DNA of 64,000 nt from Neovahlkampfia damariscottae (lineage: Eukaryota), in contig JABLTG010000012.1 of assembly GCA_016618085.1 (NCBI GenBank), forward strand, positions 124,001-188,000. Direction: 5' to 3'. A model generated the notes under the pieces. That model ran no database searches. It was not told the origin of the DNA and saw only the letters and a program-made list of their open reading frames with translations. Positions 28,642-41,758 of this stretch are shown piece after piece (position 1 is the first letter of the stretch; each line of letters starts with the position of its first letter). A program made the position numbers and the translations under genes.

Positions 28642-29721
28642 ATGTTTTTTTGGATAATTCTTTTTTGCTTTGTATTTTTAATTTTATATTTAAAATTCAT
28701 CAAAGATCCAGAAATCAGTTTAGGTATAAAGGTATTGCATTATGTCATGGTTTTTGTGTATCAAATTTCAGGAATGAAACCAAAAGCAAAATTTTCAAGA
28801 AACCTAATGAATACTATATTATTTATTCCACAACCTCATGTTTCAAAAGGTGTTCAATCTGTCGATTTGAATGTTCCTCACTTTGAAGAAAAATATAAAT
28901 TTGTTAAAATTAGAATTTTTGAAGACTTGAGCATAAAACAAGAAAACAAATCTGTATTTATTTTTATTCATGGAGGTCAAAAAAAAAAATAATCTAAACG
29001 TGATTTAGGTGGTTTTGTTATGGGATTTCATCGAAACTATGATGATTATTGTAGAAAACTTGCAAGAAGAGGAATGATAGTTATTGCAATTATGTATCGT
29101 TTAGCTCCAGAACATCCATTTCCAGCTGCTGTTCATGATTGCTTTTCAGTTGCTCATTGGTTAGAAAAACAAAAAACAGTTAACACTTGTGAATCATTAC
29201 AAAACGCTGATTTTAAAAAAATATGCATAGGTGGTGATTCTGCAGGTGGAAATTTAAGTGTTGTATTTTGTACTTATGTTAGAGACCAAAATTTAGATAT
29301 CAAAATTTCAGCTCAAATAATTGCATACCCAGGATTCTTTTTTGAAAAAAATTTACCGTCAATAGAAAGAAAAGATAAAAGATATTTGCTCACAGAAGAA
29401 GTTGTTCAATTTTTTGTTGATTCATATGCAGGTGAAAATGAAAAAGAAAAAATTAAAGATTCACCACTTTTAAATCCAATGAATAATCCAAATGGAATGA
29501 ATGATTTACCACCTGCTTTGGTATTTACAGTAGATATTGATCCTTTACATGATGATGGTGTTGAATACGTGAAAGAATTAAAAAAATGTAATATTGAAGT
29601 AAAACATGTGGATTTTAAAGAAACAATACATGGTTTTTTAGTACTTCCTTGGGTAAATCAATACAAAAATGCGTTCAATGAAATTATGACATTTTTAAAA
29701 GATGATGTCAAGTTGATTTAA
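28642..29721 (+). CDS. Hormone-sensitive-lipase family alpha/beta hydrolase
   Basis: HGGG oxyanion motif split by an intron, YRLAPEHPFPAA, GDSAGG, DPLHDDG and HGF. Confidence 0.92.
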
Positions 29722-30062
29722 AAGAATCAAAAAATAATATCTTTTAATATCCTCATCCTATGTCTTTCATTTTTAAAATTGGAATTTGTTTTTTATATCT
29801 GTGAATGATGAGGGATTTTTGATTTATTCTGAGAAGTCCCATAGTTGTTGATTGGTTAATTCTTTCATTTTCCCATAATATCCTGTGTTCTAAAATTGAT
29901 TCTTTGAAAGGATATTCTTGGCTTTTCTGCTGTTTTGTATCAATTTTTGTTGTTTTGAACAATTCATCTAAAATGAAATTCAGAAGTGATATCATATGGA
30001 GAAAGTCACTTAAAATGAAATAAAACAACAAAATGCACCCAGATCACTAAACTTTTATTATC

Positions 30063-31618
30063 TTATACTTTTTTCTTTTTTTGAAAAATACCATCACGTT
30101 GGTTTTGAAATTGTTCAATATGTTGCCAATGTTGTCTTACAGTGTCAACAAATCCATCACAAATATAATATTTCAATCCAAACTCTTCAATAGTTTTCTT
30201 AATAATAGGTACTAAAATATTAGAAGAAAAAAAAATAACATACAAAGTTCTGGATAAAAATGAGGAGCTATTGAAGGCAACAAATGATGTGGTACTTGAT
30301 AATTCAAATAACCTGAAATATAAGTCCAAAAAATAGAATCATGTGAATAATCTGTTGCTGTTAATACTTGCATTTCAGCCCAATCCCTTGGAACTATAAA
30401 AAAGTTAAAACTAAAAATATCAAACTTGGTCTATCATGTGGCCATTCACAAGATTCTGAAACATGAGTGATTTGAGAAAAGATTCCAAATAAATAACCAG
30501 ATACAATTAATGAAATAGTGTACATTGCTAATGTTGTATAAACTCCTTGTCCTAAATATATTGGTAAAAAGATTCGATGAGTGAAATATAAAATTTTTGC
30601 TCCAAAGAAAAGTAAAGAAGTTTTGAGTCCACGATCATTAATTTTTACATTTTCTTGACCTCCTCTGAAATAACTCAAAAAATCATCCAATTTCATTTCT
30701 GCTGTAACTAATCCATACCTAAAGAACAAATGAGTTAAAAAAAAAATATAAAATTTACATATATGGCTGTAACCAAGTTGGAAAGATAAAAATATCGTCA
30801 AATTGATATTTCAAATCATCATGTGGTTCATGTGGTGAGCATTTATAAACACTAATGTCAGGGTCTACTCCAGTGACATTAGTCCAGATATGATGTGCAA
30901 AAACATGACGATGTGTCCAAATGTAAGTTGAGTGTCCTGAAAATACATCACCAAAGAGACCAAAATAATACCAAAGTGAACTATTATGTGAATATGATGA
31001 ATGTGAAGCATCATGTAACAAATGCACCTAAGTTGAAAAAATAAAAAAAATTGGTGAGCAATTACCATGGAGAGATGATGAAAAATACCAGCAAAAATAG
31101 CAAATAAAGCTTTGTAGATGAGTGAAATACTTGAATACATGCTGAAATAATATGAAAGAAATAAACCACCAATAATAAAGAAAGTGTTAAAAATAGTAAA
31201 AGTTGACATTTGACGAGTATCCTTTATGCCTTTATCTTTGAAATATTTTTCAACGTTTTCTCTTAATTCTTTATGAAATAATCAATATCAAAATTAATTT
31301 TACTTGTATAAAAACCTGTGTCAACAGTGTAAGCAGGAAATTTTTGTGTTGATAATTCTCCAACACAAGGTACTTTTTCTGTTCCTAAATAATTTTTTGA
31401 TGATATTTTATGATATGATTCAAATAAATTTGTTATTTCTGAACCAGCTGCCCAATCTAATAAATACTCTCCACCTGGATGTATCTTTTTCCATTCAGTA
31501 ATGTCATATACCTTTCCATATAAACTGACATAAGCTTTATTGATATTAATAGAATGATTTAATTACCATCATCTGGTTTATTATGTTTTTCAACCTCTTC
31601 CCAAGTAAATGACTTCAT
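30063..31618 (-). CDS. Cytochrome b5-fusion front-end fatty acid desaturase (delta-5/delta-6 type), multi-exon
   Basis: FTWEEVEKHN, HPGG and His boxes HDASH, HVFAHH and QVPHHLLP. Confidence 0.9.
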
Positions 31619-31707
31619 GATTCTTTTTTGTATTGGAGCACAGAACGATTGGTCAATGTTAATTCGGCATCCAATAAAATTTGGCTCCAAATCTAAATTT
31701 AATTTTT

Positions 31708-34120
31708 TTATTTTAAGATTGATTTTTTTAATTCTTCTAATTTTTGAAGCATCAATTCATACTCTTCAAATTTTTCATCTTTTCTTTGGTTTGAAATGTA
31801 ACTAATTACATAGTTTTGACAAACTAAAATTTGTTCATAAATATCTTCATCTACTAACTTCTTTAAATGTTTAACCAAATTTTGAACATGTTTTCCAGAG
31901 GCATGGATGACAAAATTACCCTTAACAATGAACACATATTCACATAATGATAGAAATAATTCAGATGAATTGGTTTCCTTTAAAATCTTTTCTTTTGTTT
32001 CATACTTTTTGTCCATCAATGCTTTCCTATTATGAAAGTAAAATTTAAATAATATTTTTTTTACTTTTCTTTTTTTTTATCAAGTGGTGAATAAAAATAA
32101 TGTAAATCTTCTGAACATTTAGAAAGTTGTGTTAAAAAATTTGACATTGAAGATCCATGTAAACAATTTTTGAGAGTATTCAATGGTTGAATGATGTTTT
32201 TTGGAAATTCTTTAAATATTTTCTTTTCTTCTAATTCATGATCAATATGAAGAGTCAATGCTTGATCTTTTACCATATCATTGATTAATTCAGTACATTT
32301 TGATCTTAATAAAAATTTTTCTAATTCTATATTAAACTCATCTAAAAGAATAACAAATTCAATTTTGTTTTACCATCGTCTTTAAGGTATGAAATACCTT
32401 TATTGTAGACTTGAACTTCTAAAAATAATTTTGTAATGTTATCTCTTGCATCTTTGATTAATTTTTTTCTTTCTGATTCAAAACCAATTGAGATTTTATT
32501 CTTTTCTTCAACATAGATATCTTTGATTTTAGGGAGAAGATATTCAACCATTTCTTCTTTCAATTCATCCTTTAAATGATTAATTTGAAATTCAATTTCT
32601 CACTTCATCCTATTTAAAAGTTTAATTTAAAATCAAATTTACTTGTTCATAGTCTAAATTCCATTTTCTAAATTTTTCAAGTAATAATTTCCAAATATCA
32701 TTTGGTTTTGGTAAAATTAAATCAATTGGATCTTCTTCAATCACTTTTTCTTTTTTTTTATTTCTTTTCTTTTTCTTTTTTTTTTTATCATCTTCTTCAT
32801 CACTTTCAATTTCTTTTTCTGGTTGAACTGTTGATTCATTAATCAATTTTTTAACATTCTTTTTGGCTTCTTCTTTGAATTTATCTAAAAATTCATCTAA
32901 TAACATGACAGGAATGAAATAAACTTCAACAAAAATTTGAACTTTATCTTTGAATAATTTCATTGATGGACAACTTTCAATTAAATTTTTAACATCATTG
33001 TATTCAAATTGTAATGGTAAAACGTCCTTAAAAGTTTAAACATCATTTCATCATACCATATTCAAAATATTCATAGGAGTATTTTGTGAAATTGATTCTT
33101 CAATAACACCATCCAAAGAATCTCTTAATGAAGTAGTGACAGCAAATTGATTTAACAAAATGATACCTTGACATTTTTGTGAAATATAATTCTTAGAAGA
33201 CATTGAAGTATGTGTTAACCATTCTTCAACTTTTGAGTATTCAATATAACCATTTAATTTGATATATTGAACAACAGCTTCTTGAACCGCTTGTTCATAA
33301 ATTTTTGGAACATAAACATCTTTTGAGATAGAACCCAATAATTTCTTTTCTTTTAGCAATTCTTTCAATAATTGATCAAATAAAGCATCATGAAATTGTT
33401 CTCGAATTTCGGATAAAGAAACAGGACGAATGAAGGCACAAAGAGTTCCTCTTAAACGTGACTTTTCTCTTTGAATATAATTATTTGTGAAAAGTGTATC
33501 TTTGTCTAATCTTCCTTGAATGATAGATCCAGTATATTTTGTGATGAATTTTTGAATGAAATCAGGTGGAAGTTGTAATGAATTTGTTAAACTTGAAATA
33601 TGAAGAATACCAGATTCTTGAAGTGTTTCTTCAATTTCTTCACATACTGATATTAAGTGCTTTCTATGATAATTTAAATTTTCTTTTTTTTTACTCAGTT
33701 ATTAATTCAGTTCCAATAAGAATCAAGTCTGAATTTTCTTTCAACATTTTTTCGGTAATTCTTTCTATATTACTAATATCAACATTTAAAAGTGGTGGGA
33801 TGTCAGTTCTTCTAATTCTACCTCCTAGAAAATTTAAAAAAAAAATTGTCGTTTTTTTTTTACCTGAATATTCAATTTCTTGAAGTACTTCCCATTCTAA
33901 TTGTTTCTCTGTCAAATATTCTTTACCATCAAGAGTAAAAATCAAATTTTCAAGAAGTTTTTTCGACTTTAAATAAAAAACCAGTTCTATAACGTTTCTG
34001 TCAGAAAGTTTAACTGTATCCTTTTCCTCTTGTACATCTAAGAATTGTTGTCTTAAATCGTCCTAAAATTTTTTTAAAATTTTTTTTCTTCCAAACCAAA
34101 GAAATTTCTTCGTTGGTCAT
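31708..34120 (-). CDS. UFL1: E3 UFM1-protein ligase 1, multi-exon
   Basis: KLSDRNVIELV, IFTLDGKEYLTEKQLEWEV...GGRI, VYVPKIYEQA and a Lys-rich KKKKK loop. Confidence 0.9.
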
Positions 34121-34184
34121 TTTTTGATTTTTTGTTTGGTTCGAAAATGGAAATGATTGGTTGAATTTCTTGTAACTGAAAAAG

Positions 34185-36767
34185 ATGTTAAAGTACTGGA
34201 CAGAAACAAAACAAAAGGCATTAATAACATCCCATGTACCTTCAAAAAGAAGAAGACATTCCGCTGTTTTGTATGGTGACTTTTTGTATATTCTAGGAGG
34301 TTTTGATGGACAGAATTATTTGAGTGATTTTCACTGTTATAATTTTTATACAAACGAGTGGTTACAGTTAGAATCAATAGATATACCATTATGTGGTCAT
34401 ACAGCTTCTGTATATAAAGATAAACTGTTTGAAAAACAAATTTTAAATTAAAAAAATTTAAGTTACGTTTTTGGAGGCTACGATGGAAAGAATTATTTAG
34501 GATCGTTATATGAGTATGATTTCACTTTGAAAAAGTGGAATCTATTGTTAAAAGATGTCAAAAATTTAACAGATAGAGCTTTTCATTCTTCAGTTATTTA
34601 TAAAGATAAAATGTACATTTTTGGAGGATATAATTTGGTAGAATTTTTTTTTTATTTTTTTTTTAATTGTTTTTGAATAGTTTGGTTGTAGAGATTCTTC
34701 AGTTTGGGAATTTAGCTTCAAACAAAAAATTTTTACAAAATTATTACTTTCTGGTGAGAATCCACCACCTTATAAAAGAAGAAATCATACAGCTGTTGTA
34801 TATAAAGATTCAATGTATATATTCGGAGGATTTTCTGATGTAAACACAAAAACAAAATTCTGACCTTTTCCAGAAAGAGTATTTTAATGATTTTTTTCGA
34901 TATGAATTTTTAACAAGAACTTGGACTGAAATTAAAAATCATTTTGGTGTAATACCAACACCAAGAGCAGTTCATACTGCTGTTGTTGAAAATCATTTGA
35001 TGTATATTGTTGGAGGGTAAATATTCTTACTTCAATATTAAAAATTCTTTCTTTAGATACGCAGACGAAAAAAGGTCAAATAACATTTCAGTGTTCAATT
35101 TTATAACATATGAATGGATAAAGCTGACACCACTAAACAATGAAAATAAAATCTTTCCACAAAGAGGAAGACACAGTACAACTATTAGAAAAGGGAAAAT
35201 GTATATATTCGGTGGAACAACTGATTTAGGAGTAAATAATGAACTAATAGAATTAGATATCACGAATGAATTGAAAGATGAAGGAATTTTAAAATGCTTG
35301 AACCAAATCAAACCAGATACTTGTATTGAAGTTTCAGAAAAAAAATTCTATGCACATTCTTTCATCTTATCACAGAGTTTTGTGATGGAATCTTTCTTAA
35401 AAGGTGTAATGAATGTTCATATCAGAAGAAAAAGAAATGTTGAAGTTTTGTCTTCGAATTTACCTTCAACCACTAGTTCAAATAATTTCAAAAAACATGT
35501 CAGAAATATTTCATCTATGAATGAAAATGATTTAAGTTCTAATTTAACATCACCAAGATCAAGTACCACAAATCATTCAGATATGAAAGAATTTTCTATT
35601 CGAGATACATCACCGGAAATTTTTTTATTGGTTCTTCAATATTTATATGGAAAGATCATCAATATCGACAAAATATCAACTTTAGTTGAATTATGTAGAG
35701 CTTCAGAATCTTATAAATTGAATAATTTAAGATCAATTTGTCTTCAACAATTTCAAAAAATCATTAATGAACAAAATTATGACATATTTTATCAAATAGT
35801 TTCAAAAATTAAATTCACCACATTATTGAATTATTTAGATGTTTGGAAAGAAAAATTTTCAAAAATTGAAAATCATCAACAAAAAAATTTATATCAATTT
35901 ATTGAATTATCAAATCCAGAACCATTATATAATATTGATTTGAAAAAGAAATTAGTTGAATTACATGAAACAAAAGAAAATTGTGATTTGATTATTATAT
36001 CAAAAGATAAGGTTTCTATTGCTTGTCATTCATATATTTTATCTTCTACTTCAGATTATTTTTTCAATTTATTTTTGTCCAATGATGAATCAACATTTCA
36101 AATTGAATTACAATCTGATATTTTAAGATATGTTTTTGAATTTTTATATACTAATTCAATTAATTTCCCTTCAAATATTATTCTTGAAAAATTGATTTTT
36201 TTATACCAAATTTCAGATACAGTTGTGAAATCAACTGAATTTAAAGAATTCATGTTTTCTGTGATTGTAAAGAATTTAAGCTCAGAAACTATTTTAGATA
36301 CGATAAAGTATTGCATGAAATATTTCATCAAAGATCGATTATATGATTATTGTTTAATTTATATTGAAACAACAGGTAAATCTGTATTGACAAAATATTT
36401 GATTGAATCAACTTTGATGAAAAATGAATTACCATTTCATATTAGAGAACCTACAATTTCAAAACATAAAAAAATGTTGTCATTTTCAAATCACTTAGAC
36501 CTTGGTGATGGTGAACTTGATGCTGATCTTTCAACAGATCGATCAGATTCCTACATTGTTCAAAAAGAAAAACGTTCATTTAGGGTAATTTCCTTTTCTG
36601 GTGAATCTGAAGATACAAATAAAATTGAGGAATTAGAGTTAAAAATACAATCACAGGAGCTGGTTATCCAACAACAATATGAAACTATTGATGCTTTGGT
36701 TGAGAAACAAAAACAAAATGAAAAATTATTGGATCAGATCATAGAGCATCTTGCACAGAAAGAATAA
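34185..36767 (+). CDS. Kelch-repeat plus double BTB/POZ protein (LZTR1-like)
   Basis: Kelch repeats (HSAVLYGDFLYILGG, MYIFGG) followed by FYAHSFILSQ and IACHSYILSSTSDYF BTB motifs, then a C-terminal coiled coil. Confidence 0.85.
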
Positions 36768-36807
36768 ATAAATTGAATATATATTTTAAATTATCATTAA
36801 ATTAACT

Positions 36808-37565
36808 TTATTTTTCAATTTGAGATTCCAAAATATCGGTTAAATTCTTAAGAGAATTTCCATCATTCTTTTTTTCACGAATTTTTTCTTGACAGTGAAT
36901 GATTTATTTCACTTACTCAGATATACATCAGGTTTTGATATGATTGAAAATTCACTTGATATTTTTGAACATACTATTTGATAAGTATCTTCATCAGTTT
37001 TATGATAAAAATTTATCAAGAAAGAAAAATTGCCTTTCCAAGAAAATCTGAAAAAATTTAGAATACAAATTGTTGTTTACGATTTTCTTTCTGTTGGCCA
37101 CACTAAATTTACTTTTTTTTTTTTTTAATTCTGTTGTTTAGTCTTACTTTCACAAGTACCGTTTTCTTCTTTTACAAAGTAATTTACAACAGGAATTTCG
37201 AGTTTTTTTTCCTTTTGAACAACTTCTACAAAATCTTCAGCACAATTATTTACAATTCCTTTTGGTCTAACCAACTTTGAAAAATTTCAAAAACAATTTT
37301 TCAATACCTGAAGTTCTCCTGCAAATTTTGCATCTTTTCCGTAAAAATTTACAAAATTTTCGTTTGGTTTTATCAAGAAATCGTAATGATGAGTTCTAAA
37401 CAAAATATTAGAAGGTGATTCTTCTTGATTTTTTATTTTTCGACTAGAAACTGAGATTTTTAGGTCTGCATTGATATCTCTGGAATTTTCTGGTAAAGAA
37501 GTTTTCCATTGAAGATTAATTTCATGAAAATTTTGTTTTCCGTTTGGTGACGTTGTCTCTTTCAT
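36808..37565 (-). CDS. Hypothetical protein, multi-exon
   Basis: ORF 37287-37565 continues through GT-AG introns to a stop at 36808. CCAAT near 37590. Confidence 0.5.
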
Positions 37566-37740
37566 TCCTCAAATTGATCTTTCAATTGGCCAATAAACAT
37601 GAAGTAATTGTTGGAAATTGAGAACTCAAAATGATGAAATATGATCGAGAACGCTGTTTTTTTTGCTTTTATGGTTTTTTAACATTTGATTGGATCAATC
37701 AAATCACAGGTTTTCCTCATACTTCTAAAACAACAACACA

Positions 37741-38708
37741 ATGGATTTATTAGATTCATTAATTGAAGACGCAAAGAAAAAGAAATTAATATCAATATCA
37801 AATTTTAGGAAAATTAAAAGAAAGGTAGTTCAAAAACAAAACAAAAACTAACACAGAAATAGTTCATTGAAATAGTATCAGAAGAAAGCAATTGCATACA
37901 AATACATGCACCAGCAAATATAGTAGGAAAATTATCTGGAAAATTTGATGATTTAATGTCAGTTTTGAGTCTTAAGAACTTACCTAAAACTCAATATCTT
38001 TTTTTGGTAAATATTTTTCAATTAATTTTTTCAATAAAATAGGGAAATTATGTGAACAAACACTATGATTCTGTTGAAGTGTTTACAATGCTCGTTCTTT
38101 GCAAAGTAAAATATCCCAAAAACGTGTTTCTTCTTCGTGGAAATCATGAAGAAACAAAAATCGGCCAAGTGTATGGGTTTTATGATGAATGTTTCCGAAA
38201 GTACGGTGATTATTCATTTTTTAAAGATTCAATCGAAATATTTGACTATTTGAGTCTTTGTGCTTTGGTGAATGGAAAACTATTTTGCGTGAACGGAGGA
38301 TTGTCTCCTGACATAAAAACTATCGAAAAAATCAATACATTAGATAGAGTGAAGAATATGGGATATGAGGGACCGATTATTGATTTATTATGGAGTGATC
38401 CTGAAGAGGGATTGGATAATTGGGCTGTCAATCCAAGGGGTGCAGGTTTTTTATATGGTGAAAACGTAGTAAATAAATTCAATTGGATGAACAACTTGAA
38501 ATTGATTTGTAGGAGTCATCAAATATCTATGGATGGGTATCATTATTCATTTCCAAATCAAAGTGTATTGACCATTTTCTCTTGTTCAAATTTTGGCTAT
38601 AGATGCGGAAACAAAGCAAGTTATGTAAAATTTGACGAAAATCTGAGTGCACAGTTTGTTGTTTATTATAACAACGATTCCAGTGATACAAATGGCTTTC
38701 TCCTTTGA
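37741..38708 (+). CDS. PPP-family Ser/Thr phosphatase, PP2A/PP4/PP6 group, with degenerate metal-binding motifs
   Basis: LRGNHE, GGLSP, DLLWSDP, PRGAG and YRCGN present. GDxHG reads GKLSG and GDxVDRG reads GNYVNKH. Confidence 0.85.
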
Positions 38709-38879
38709 AGATACAGAGCTCACTTGTTGACCAGTAAAATTAATGGTTTTGATCAATTTTTGTCGATGATTTTTGTTAAGAGGTTTGGGTTAAAAGTAAG
38801 TTTGAGTGATAAAGTTAGTCCTGGTATGTTGTACCTGAACTGTTTATTAAACATTTTAAAGAGACTAGCCGTTACAAAT

Positions 38880-39430
38880 CAGTGGGTATTTATATTATTG
38901 ATAAACAACGCTGGAATTATGTTCATTGAACAATTTTCCACACAAAAACCAGAAAATTATTAAAAAAGTTTTGACATAAATGTTTTAGGAGTCTTAAATG
39001 GTACACATCTCGTTTTAGATGGTATGATTCAAAGAAAGAAAGGTACAATCATCAATATTTCATCAGTTTCTAGAATAAAAGCATTCCCAAATCATAGTAC
39101 ATATTGTGGAACAAAAGCAGCTGTTTGTTTATTCACTGAAACTCTGAGACAAGAAGTTGCTTCCTCAGGAGTTAGAGTTTCCGTTGTTTGTCCAGTATGA
39201 TTTTATTTCAATTTTAAAACAAAATTAGGGCATTGTAGACACAGACTTATTATCAATTAATCCAACACCTGTCATTGAAGGTTATAATTCATGGGTGAAA
39301 ACTCTTGGAAAAGTTTTGGAATCAAAAGATGTTTCAGATTCTTGTTTATTCATTTCCAACGCACCACAACATTCTTGTATTCGTGAAATTGTTCTTGCAC
39401 CATCTGGACAATCGGTTGAAATAAATTTTT
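38880..39430 (+). pseudogene. Short-chain dehydrogenase/reductase pseudogene
   Basis: LINNAG, in-frame TAA at 38961-38963, TIINISS, YCGTK (YxxxK), VCP|GIVDT across an intron. No N-terminal GxxxGxG found. Confidence 0.7.
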
Positions 39431-39480
39431 CGTTTTATTCCCAAAATGGATGTTTTTGTTCGAATTTAGAAAAAAATAGT

Positions 39481-40338
39481 TTATTTCTCCCATCCTTGTT
39501 TTTGCCTTGTGGAATGGATTGATAAATTTACTACATTTTGATAATTTTGATGTTGCAAATCTTCAAGTTCTTCGGAAACATAAGTTGATAAATAGGAAGG
39601 TTTTCTCATTTTACATTCTTCCATTTTAATTTTATCATCACTCCAACCATTTTTTTTTAATTTTTCTTTTTTTCTCATAATGTGACTTTCAGAGACTCCT
39701 TCTGAAAGCATTCTTGATTTTTCTTCTTGCACAACTTTCTCTGGTAATTTAGCTTCTTGAACTAAAATAATTCTACTCCCTTCATCATAAATTTTCTTGA
39801 ATTCTTCAATCATAATGTCAGTATCATTTTGAATTTTCATGAATGAAAAATCAATTTCCATTTTGATCATCTTTTCAAATAAATTTTCTGCAGTCAATCC
39901 ATATTTATGATCGAGTTCTGCATAATTATCACTGTATCCTTTGGTGTGGTATTTATTTCCATGACAAGGAGCATCTGCGAAATGAATCAACATTTTAGCT
40001 TTGCTTGACCAATCTAGTTTTAAAGCTGCATCAATTCCTGAGAAAACATCTTCAGCTCCATCACCACCTCCAGTAGCTTGGATTTTTCCAACAAAGTTTT
40101 TGAAATCTTGATACTTTGTCGAGAATTGAAAAACTTCAAGAAGTTTTGAATCAGTATAATCCCTGTATGCAACCATAGCCAGTCTAATTTGTTGATTTGG
40201 GTTCTCTTTATTCATGTCATCAATAATTTGAAGAATATTCGCTTTAGTTTGCGTGATCCATGATCCCATTGATCCTGTTGCATCCATTAAAAAGCAGAGG
40301 TCAAGAGTTTCATCTTTTGTGTCTTGTTTTATTTTCAT
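39481..40338 (-). CDS. von Willebrand factor A domain protein
   Basis: DLCFLMDATGSM (MIDAS), VAYRDY, GGGDGAEDV and HFADAPCHG. Confidence 0.85.
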   Translation of the reverse strand: MKIKQDTKDETLDLCFLMDATGSMGSWITQTKANILQIIDDMNKENPNQQIRLAMVAYRDYTDSKLLEVFQFSTKYQDFKNFVGKIQATGGGDGAEDVFSGIDAALKLDWSSKAKMLIHFADAPCHGNKYHTKGYSDNYAELDHKYGLTAENLFEKMIKMEIDFSFMKIQNDTDIMIEEFKKIYDEGSRIILVQEAKLPEKVVQEEKSRMLSEGVSESHIMRKKEKLKKNGWSDDKIKMEECKMRKPSYLSTYVSEELEDLQHQNYQNVVNLSIHSTRQKQGWEK

Positions 40339-40520
40339 TTTGTTTTGTGATCAATAAGTTCAAGTTGCATTTATTTATAGTTCTAAAATCCAAAAATAAT
40401 CAGCTAAAAATAATTTTCTTTTTCTAAATTTAGATCAAATATCAACAATCGAAAAAAAAAGAATGGTGGTTGAATTATATTTGTGATTTATTTCTTAGGT
40501 TAAAAATGTGATTTATTTCT

Positions 40521-41515
40521 TTAAAACTGTGAATAGCTATCGCTACAAAACATTAAATATGCTGCAGTTGGTGCACACATGCACATAAGACAACAAAAAG
40601 TTAACACAACTCCAACAAGTATTCCAATACCCCAATAAACATTATTCAGAGCAGTTTTATACATGTATATTCCTTCCATATTCAATACGTATGGAATTTC
40701 AGCGACAATTGGATCTTTCTTGTGCCTAATGTAAAGATCCACCATTGGATTTTGTATTTCTGTGTTCTTTGTTGGTTTATATGCAGTTGGTGTGACTGAA
40801 TAGTGGTAATATGCTCCAGAACTTGCATAAGAGACATGTTCATTCAATATACATCCTTCTGTTTTTATCAGCATTTCTGTTGGATCAAAAACCAGACAAA
40901 TATCTTTGATAGTCATTGGTTTTACTTCTTCTTCCATACGGAACAAATCAATGGTAATAGCTCCAATTCCTCTGTAATTTTTGCCTTCATAAATTTTGAC
41001 GTCTAATGTCGTCTTCTTTGATACGTCAAAAACCATATTGGTTCCAAGTGATAACTGTTTCTTTTGAAAGCGTAGTTGATCATAAACTAAATATTCTGAA
41101 AGATACAATTGGTCATCCTAAAAACAACATCGGATAATTAAATATTTTTTTTTTTTTTTTTACATTTAACGTGTTTGGTTTTACCATGACGTCTGATGGT
41201 TTGAATGAACTTGAAACATTGAAAGAAAAGTCATAAATTTCTGGAATAACAGTTTTAAAAGATTCTGCATTTTTTTTGTTAAAATCATAAGCTGAAATGA
41301 AAACATAAGGTGCTGAGTTTGGGTATTGTACTGCTCCTATGATGGCATAAATAGGCTTTAGAAAGTTGGTAAGTTGATTTTTTTTTTCTTACGGCAACAA
41401 TTCCCATCAGAAATCCAGATGTAAGTATTGCCATGATCCATCCTGAAGCAAAAGTAAAAAATAGTACAACAAGAAAGTAGAAAAAAACAGTGCAGTAAAC
41501 TGATAAATCAGCCAT
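40521..41515 (-). CDS. Hypothetical membrane protein, multi-exon
   Basis: ORFs 41285-41515 and 40521-41108 with N- and C-terminal TM segments. Confidence 0.55.
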
Positions 41516-41758
41516 TTTATGGATTAAAATCGATTGGATAAAAAAACGCGTTGACCAATGGGAGTTGTAGTATTTTATTTCTTTTGGTTTCTTTTCTCAA
41601 ATTTCCAACAGATTCCTTCAGGGAAAGACAAATTTCCACCAACCAAATAAAAACAATTTCCGATTGGTTCGTAAGAAATGCTAAAAATAAATGAAGCAAA
41701 AGCATAAAAAGAGTGGAATTCCGTTTTCCGTTCAACAAAACAAAAACCAAACAAAGAA

